Shown here: positions 55,932 through 64,000 of the stretch, piece after piece
Layout of the letters: each line of letters begins with the position of its first letter
Numbering within the stretch: the first letter of the stretch is position 1
Assembly: GCA_951406725.2 (NCBI GenBank)
Contig: OX597815.1
Location: 148,180,001 to 148,244,000, forward strand
DNA length: 64,000 nucleotides
Reading direction: 5' to 3'
DNA from: Octopus vulgaris
Taxonomy: Eukaryota
Notes under the pieces: generated by a model
Seen by the model: only the letters and a program-made list of their open reading frames with translations
What the model was told of the DNA's origin: nothing
Database searches by the model: none
Position numbers and translations under genes: made by a program

Positions 55932-56568
55932 CAGACAGATACATACATACATACATATATACATATGTGTGTGTGTGTATTTATGTATGTATGTAGATTG
56001 AATGTGACGGACAGAAGGTGAGAGATATGTGTAGAAGTAAATGTGTATATACTTTTGTGCACATACATACATTAATACACAAACATACACACGCACACAC
56101 ATACACACAAAAGTCTGTTGACGTCTATAGATTCATATGGGTGTACATAACTTCATGTAACAGTCTACTCATAGAAAGCAATGTAATTTAAAATTTGTTT
56201 AAATTGTTAACCTCATATATGTATTTATATATTTCTTATTTAAATTACTATTTTAATTTTCACGTTGACACTTCTCATGTAATATCATTAATATGTTTAT
56301 TATTATTTGTATTAGTAAAAATATTACAATTGTTGTCATTTTGCCAAGGCTTTTACTGTTGTCGTCATAATTATTATTATTATCATAGATATTACTTGTA
56401 TCGATATTTTTTTATATTATTATTAGTGCTTTTATTTCATTTTACAGTATTCTAGCGATATTTTTATAGGTAAAGAAAAAAAAATAACATGACTTTCAGA
56501 CAGCTATGAAATGTCAGGAAATTTTATTGAATCTAATCATGAAATAGCTCAAAGAATGTCTATATGTT

Positions 56569-56599
<31 letters not shown>

Positions 56600-57052
56600 G
56601 GGGTTGTAAGATAAACCTCTGTTATGCCGCAGCTGAAACATGTTACAGTACTGATAATTTGGATGTGCTGGCATAGATGGAAATGTTGATGTCTGGAATC
56701 AATTTCCAATGAATCATATATGGTTCGTTAATAAATGTATATATAGATACAGATAGATATGCAAATATATATATGTGTGTGTTTATGTGTGTACATATGT
56801 GAACGTATACATATGCACACACATATATACGCGTGTGTGAGTGAGCGTGTGTGTGTGTGAGTGTGCGTGTGTGTGTATGTGTGTGGTTTGTCTCAAACCT
56901 CAATGTTGTATTAATTTCAGTATTACAGCTTCTGCGTTATTGTTTAGAAGACAAGATCAAAAATTTTCCCGACAAAATTATTCCCTATCTTATTTAACCA
57001 CAATCTATATATGTACGTATACATATATATACACATACATACATACATGCAT

Positions 57053-57108
<56 letters not shown>

Positions 57109-57458
57109 TTATAATATATAACATAAATATGATTGTGCATGTGTGTTAGTGTTTGTTTGCGTTTGTGTATGTGTGTGTGAAGACCTATTGAGTAGTGGTT
57201 AGGGTTTTGTACTTACAGTCTTAAGGTGAAATGATTGTGTGTTCGATTTACGTACCTGATTGAAAAGTTTTGATCTTCATTGCACGTTGCTCCACTTTCT
57301 TTCAGCAGAAAATGTTTGAAACAGCAACAAACCAGCACTGCGATCACGTGGTAAAATCGATGTGAACACCTAGCAAACGGGCTGAAATATATTGTAAGCT
57401 AAGGGTAAAGCAAAACAAACCGAACAGGGACAAGAGGTCATGATATATAATATATATG

Positions 57459-57521
<63 letters not shown>

Positions 57522-59701
57522 ATATATATATACATGCTTATTATCGTAAAAGATAATATGGTGAAGATGGTCAGTTCAAACTATACTACTAAAATGTAAC
57601 CTCTTTGAACTTATAATTTTCTGTGTGTATATATACATATACAGATACAATACCAATATTCCTTTGAACTTTTTAATAATTTTTTCTGTAAACTGTTTTT
57701 AACATTTTCTTAAGAATATATTTTACAGAGTTAACATCTTACTCAGAAATACATGCTCTTTATCACCAACAATACCTTTAAGTGTTAAATCATTGTCTTC
57801 CTTTAATCTCAAATACTGAATAAATGACATTACCCATGACCACGTCGTTTCGTCATACGCAATTTAAAGCAAGCCATTGTGTTTTTTCACAACCGGAGAT
57901 AATTTTTCAAAAAAATATTTACTAAACTATTCCTTCCTGGCACATCATACTAAATAACCTTCATAGAGCAGCATAAAAAATAATATCATTACCAGTTCAT
58001 GACTATCTTGAACAAGACATACTGTAGACATATTTAAATAACTAATAAAATTAATCTGTTAACATGGAGAGGAAATGTAATGTATTGCACACTCACATTT
58101 ATTGTTCATAACACATTAACTTCCAACGCTTCTACATCAAACTAAATAAATAGATAAATAAAGTGTATAATCTCGTAACACAAATTTATATCTTTTTTTC
58201 TAATTCTATTTATCAACTTGTCACCATATTGAAATGAAAGTAATGAAACTGCCACAGTTGTCGTCTCTACCAACTGAATAGAGTATGATTGAAATACGAT
58301 GGCCATTTCTTCTCTCATATATATCACATGAGCTATTAGTAAATTATTACCATAGCTCTGAAGAATTTGTTGACATATATCTTTTAAATGTTGAATTGGA
58401 GGATGCTGAACAAAGCAGCTTTGTTTATTTTGTAGAGTGAGAGATAGAATCACATTTACTTTCAATAAATTGTTTGTCATCTCATCTTCAGTTATAAATT
58501 GATAGCAAAACTAAACATGTTCCCTATAATCTACCATGTTTCTCTTATTTTCTTTGCCGACAAACCATAGCTATTATATATCATTCTTTATATTTTTCTT
58601 TTGTTATATTCTTGCTGGTGATTTTTCATATTATTTCCTTTGTTTATATACCTAGATTTTCATGTCATTACTTTTTTCCTCAGCAATCATCAGGTTTTAT
58701 TTTGGTCTTGTATTTTGCTAAAAGAAACACTGAAATATGTGTAAGATATGAGTATTGAAGTGAAGTAGCGTTGAAATAAATTGCAAGCAAACGAAAAAAA
58801 AAAGTACAAACAAACTAACGAAATTTCCATTAATCAGAGAGAGAAAATAGAAAGAGATAAGCTGTCAACTTTAATACATTATTGTATTTGAAATGATTTT
58901 AAATTTTAAGATACATTCCAGTGTGATGTTGAAAAGAGCCACCTTTCATTCGGACTAAAAAAATAAAGTCATTAGTAAAATCTACATATTTATATGGAAA
59001 AATACATACCTAATGAAAGATGTTTCGGTTGACAGTGCATCCTGTTGATAAATACGTGATTGTATTTTCAAACCATCAGATCTCATTTAACGAATGGATT
59101 CGATTCATAAATGTATATTTCCCCCCGGATTAACTCAGTTGTAACAAATTAAAGAATCTGGGGTGAAACTGCTTTCTTGCTCAAAGGCAAATCCTCGATA
59201 TATGAATACACTGTTAATGATAGAACTTTAGATGCGACAATCTTCAAGAATAATCCCGAAATATATTTCTTATGCAACTAATGTATATATGGTAGAAAAA
59301 ATATGCCAAGTTGCAAGCCTCAACTGTTAGAGCTTCACCAAAGAAAACGCAAATTGCCGTTTTAACCAAGTTATCAACGTTTCCAAAACTTTAAACTTAC
59401 AAAAGTTAGTGAAGAAAAAGGGGATCCTTTAGAAAGTAAATGTATTTCGGCATTTCATTATATTAACAAGAGGTGTCCAAATGTTGTCTTTTATCTTTGA
59501 GTGCTGGTTGTCGAACGGCTTTTTTCTACATTTCAAGAATCATTGGAACATAGCATTTATAGATTCTTTTAAATACAGAGGGGGAGACGTATGGAAGAAT
59601 TAAGACTATGAAATTAACTTCACATGAATTACAAATCTGATCATTACTTAAATAGTTATCATCTAATTACAATACGTTTTGAAATAACGCATAATCATAA
59701 T

Positions 59702-59760
<59 letters not shown>

Positions 59761-60972
59761 GGAGGACGAGGCCTGATCCAATTTGAATTAGCTAACAAAA
59801 CAACCACAATTGGACTGGCCAAATATCTCGAAATAACGAATGACTGGATGCTAAAGCTCGTGGCAAATCACGAGAGACGAAAGAAGCTTCATTCTATCAT
59901 AAAGGAAAGCAAAAGATTTGCTATTGATCTCGTGCAGGATACCCAAACTGAACAACCCGAGGGAAGTACGGCAACTATTGTTGCAAAGAAGGTGAAAATA
60001 ATGGCAACGAAAAAAGCGCACGAGCAATTGGCTGATAGGTGGGAGGAGAAACCTCTGCACGGCAAATATGTGGCCCGCAGCAAACAAGCTGATGTTGACC
60101 AGAAGCAAACCCATCAGTGGCTACGGAGCTCAGGGCTAAAAGCAGAGAGCGAAGGTTTCATCCTGGCTGCTCAAGATCAAAGCCTATTAACCCGGAACTA
60201 CCAGGCCAATGTGATGCAAAATGGAGCAGACCCAAAATGTGCCGATTCTGCAACGATATGATTGAAACAGTGGACCACCTAATCTCTGGATGTAAAGTCT
60301 TAGCACCAGTGGAATATAAATTAAGACATGACAGAGTTGGCCAATATCTACACTGGCTAATAAGTCGGCATTACAATATCAAAACTGCCGACAAGTGGTA
60401 TAATCACCACCCTGAGGCTGTAACTGAAGGAGAAAATGTAACGATTCTGTGGGACTTTCCAGTACATACAGACCGAACCATCAAGGCCAATAAACCAGAT
60501 ATTGTTGTGAAAGACCAAAACGATAAAGTTTGCTTATTGATCGACATGAGCATCCCCTGTGATCATAATATCTCAGCGAAAGAGTTTGACAAGCTCAGAA
60601 AATATAAAGACCTACTTATTGAAGTTGAGAAAATGTGGCATCTCAAGGCGGTTACAATACCAGTGATCGTAGGAGCACTAGGAATGATCAAGAAGGGAAC
60701 CGAAAACTATATGAGAATGATCCCTGGCTTACCATCCCTGCAAGAAGTGCAAAAGATTGTCTTAACTGGTACATCACACGTATTGAGAAGAGCATTGTCG
60801 ATGTGAGAACTGTTGCTGCTCATGTATTTTAATTTAACTTAAAAAAAAAAAAATGAACGAACTATTGAGTTTGGTTTAATGGCCTACCAATGTATACTAT
60901 GAGTTTCTTTGCACTAGGAGTCGGGAAGACACTCGGCAAGAAATGGAAGCAAATTTGAAAGAAGAAAAAAAA
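59761..60972 (+). mobile_element. 5'-truncated R4/Dong-like LINE: RT thumb end, CCHC knuckle, RLE and 3'UTR, flanked by (TAA)n
   Basis: GGRGL...KPLHG...AAQDQSLLTRNY, CRFC..ETVDHLISGC, YKLRHDRV, NKPDIVV..LLIDMSIP..KEFDKLRKYKDL. One frameshift near 60240; stop at 60804-60806. Confidence 0.93.
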
Positions 60973-61004
60973 GTAATAATAATAAAAATAATAATAATAA
61001 TAAT

Positions 61005-61093
<89 letters not shown>

Positions 61094-61095
<2 letters not shown>

Positions 61096-61650
61096 GCCTT
61101 CATGCAGTACCAGGCAGTGGCTCTCATGGCTTCTGATCTTAACTGATTGGAAGTGTTATCATGTACATTGTTTTGTCTTGGTATAAAAGATGGGCTACAG
61201 CAAATATTCTGCTCAATACCACAGATTTGCTTGTCAGTTGTTTGACCTTAACCAGTTGAGCATGTCCCTTAGTGGCTGACGATATGTGCATCTCTGATCA
61301 CGAGCAGAAGTAGTCGGGGAGCATCATAGCCATATGTTGAGAGGGATTCTTTGGGGTTTGAATAGTTCACCTCTGGAAACATGGGTGGTTCTTTCAACAT
61401 CCTTAAACAACCCTTATTCAGGGACCGTTTGAGCGGGATGGGCTACTCAACCTGAAGAAAATTCTAACTGGGCCCCACCTGCAAGGTCATGTGCTGTTTA
61501 TCTTGATATGAGATCACCATGTCGCGCACATATGGTTGTGATGCATGTGCGTGGTGTACCTTTATCAGACGGGTAGTCATGATGGGTATATTGGGCTTCG
61601 TATATTTTACCCCAGCGTCACTTTGATGGCATGAACTGCTCTCTCACTCA
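61094..61650 (+). mobile_element. ~550 bp non-coding (TAA)n-flanked element, copy 3
   Basis: Homologous to copies 1 and 2; lies between two LINE copies and is separated from each by (TAA)n. Confidence 0.88.
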
Positions 61651-61689
61651 ATAATAATAATAATAATAATAATAATGACAATAATAATA

Positions 61690-64000
61690 ATGAAAGTACG
61701 CAAAGGCCTGAAGATACAATAAATTCTATTGTACCTGTTAAAGATAGCCAGGAAAACGAAAAAACAACAGTAACTGAAGATCTCGCATTTGCTGAACAAC
61801 ACAGAGAGTCTATGGCAGAAATGAGGCAGAAAATCCTGAATACTCTTGAAGTTGTAAGACATACAAGTATGAATGATAAAGAACCACTTCATAAACTCTC
61901 AAATACAAACCAAAATAAGAAAACAAATCCAAATTGGCAACTATGTAACCAATGAAATAATACGAGAATTAAAACCTGATTTTACTGAGTTAAATGAAAT
62001 TATTTACGCTTCTGCTAGGGCAATTGAAACCAGCTGTATGCCCCCGAAAAAACATAGACAACAAAACCTGGAAAGAAATCAAACCTGGAGAAGTAAAATT
62101 GAAAAAGAGATTGAATTTATGAGAGGGGAAATATCAATATTAAATGAACTAATATGTGGAAATGATGTAAGATTCAGAACAGGAAAAAAGATGAAGAGAA
62201 AATTTGGATCCTCACTAAGAAAAGAACTGATATCAATAAAAGAAACGCTGAAAAAGAAACGCAAGCAAAAGCCCAAAGAATACGAAGATTTGAGAAGAGA
62301 AACAAGTTTTACAAGCAAAATAAGCTGTTCACATCTAATGCCAAAAACTTCTACAGAGAAATAGGGAAGGAGAAAGTAACCGTTAAAGACCCCCCTCCCA
62401 TGGAAGAAGTTCAAAACTTTTGGAAAAGGATTTGGAGTGTCAAGAAGACGTACAACATAAATGCAGACTGGATTATACAAACTGAAGGATCCTACTAAAA
62501 TTTACAACAACAAGCATGGGAAGACATCACAATAGCAGACCTAAGAAAGGCACTCACGAAGGCCCATAATAGGAAATCCCCCAGTAAAGATAGGGTGCCG
62601 AATTTCTGGCTCGCATCGCTCCCATGCGCACACGGTAAGCTAGTTCAGCTGCTCAATGGAATTATGAGAGACCAAAGAAAACACCTGAATGGTTAGCAAG
62701 TGGCATCACTTACCTACTCCCAAAGAATAACGAAACCAACCTTCCAAAAAACTATCGGCCTATAACCTGTCTATCCACCACGTATAAAATCTTAACATCT
62801 ATCCTGGCGGAGAAAACATATGCATTCGTGGAGAAGAACGATATTTTCCCCATTGAACAAAAAGGGTGCCGCCGAGGCTCTTACGGATGCAAAGATCAAC
62901 TGCTAATCAACCGTATGATCCTTGAGTACTGTCACAACAAGCGCAGAAATCTCAGCACCGCATGGATTGACTATAAAAAGGCCTTCGACAGTATACCGCA
63001 TCCATGGATCTTGAGATCGCTGGACATCTTCAAAATTTCCCCTGTGATTTCAAACTTCCTGAAGCACAATATGTCGTTGTGGAATACGAATCTCCAATTA
63101 TACCACTCTAATTGAGTACTTGCCTCAGAAAATATAAATATCAACTGTGGAATTTTTCAAGGTGACTCACTTTCACCTTTAATATTCTGCATAGCCCTAA
63201 TACCCCTTACAAGTGAAATAAACAGAACAGGGTATGGGTATAAAATTGTCAATAAAAAAATAAGCCATCTATTTTATATGGATGACTTAAAACTTTATGG
63301 TAAAGACAATAATGAACTTGAAGGCCTATTGAGCACTGTGAAAGCATTCAGCGATGACATCGGGATGGCGTTTGGACTTGAGAAGTGTGCCAAGGCCACT
63401 TTCCAGAAAGGGAAAGTGAAGACCACAAATTCAGTCGTGTTAGATGTTGACACAGTCATAAGAGAGCTTGAGCAAGAACAAACATACAAATATTTAGGGA
63501 TAAATGAAGGCTCTGGTATTCAGCATGCAAGCATGAAAGAGAAAATAAGGAAGGAATGTTATAGGAGAGTTCGTGCAGTCCTGAAATCTGAACTAAATGC
63601 ACGTAACAAGGTGTTAGCTATAAATTCCTTAGCAGTTCCAGTTGTAACTTATAGCTACAATGGGTTGAACTGGAATATGAGTGAAGGAAAGAATATAGAT
63701 AGGAAAATACGCAAGCTGCTGAGTTGTAATAGGATGCACCACCCAAAGACAGACGTAGATCGCCTTTACCTTCCCAGAGCCCAAGGTGGTCGAGGCCTGA
63801 TCCAATTTGAACTAGCTTACAAAACAACCACAATTAGACTGGCCAAATATCTCGAAATAACGAATGACTGGATGCTAAATCTCGTATAATATCACGAGAG
63901 ACGAAAGAAGCTTCATTCTATCAGAAAGGAAAGCAAAAATTTGCTATTGATCTCATGCAGGATACCCAAACTGAACAACCCGAGGGAAGTACGGCAACTA
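61690..64000 (+). mobile_element. R4/Dong-like LINE, N-terminal region plus reverse transcriptase, disabled; continues beyond the window
   Basis: NYRPITCL, EQKGC, AWIDYKKAFDSIPH, GIFQGDSLSPL, HLFYMDDLKLY, YKYLG, RLYLPRAQGGRGL. Several frameshifts and stops (e.g. TGA at 63113-63115). 63786-64000 is nearly identical to 59761-59978. Confidence 0.93.

Noticed and set aside
58142-58480. 112 aa non-repetitive minus-strand ORF
   Set aside because: No recognisable domain or convincing splice context; compatible with chance.
61197-61290. Possible HDV-like ribozyme in the 550 bp element (AGCAAAT/ATTTGCT pairing, downstream GGCTGAC/GGCTAAC)
   Set aside because: I could not build P2 and P1.1 in the required order by eye; it reads as a simple bulged hairpin and needs a descriptor search.

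Overview
AT-rich eukaryotic DNA, saturated with microsatellites. The SINE repertoire suggests an octopus (coleoid cephalopod) genome; this is an inference. No host protein-coding exon could be supported, and almost all ORFs in the track are translations of (TA)n, (CA)n, (TACA)n or (TAA)n tracts. The window is a mosaic of mobile-element relics. (1) Penelope-like elements (PLEs) with a C-terminal GIY-YIG of Naiad type, including a ~3.9 kb foldback whose two ~1.5 kb inverted arms each end in a near-canonical type I hammerhead ribozyme (HHR); further intact or decayed HHRs lie next to or inside other hairpins. (2) R4/Dong-like RT-RLE LINEs sitting in (TAA)n arrays, accompanied three times by a conserved ~550 bp non-coding element with the same (TAA)n context. 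(3) Many tRNA-derived SINEs. (4) Relics of Tc1/mariner, Chapaev-like, Helitron, RTE/APE and possibly Gypsy elements. All calls were made by eye without tools, and most boundaries are approximate.
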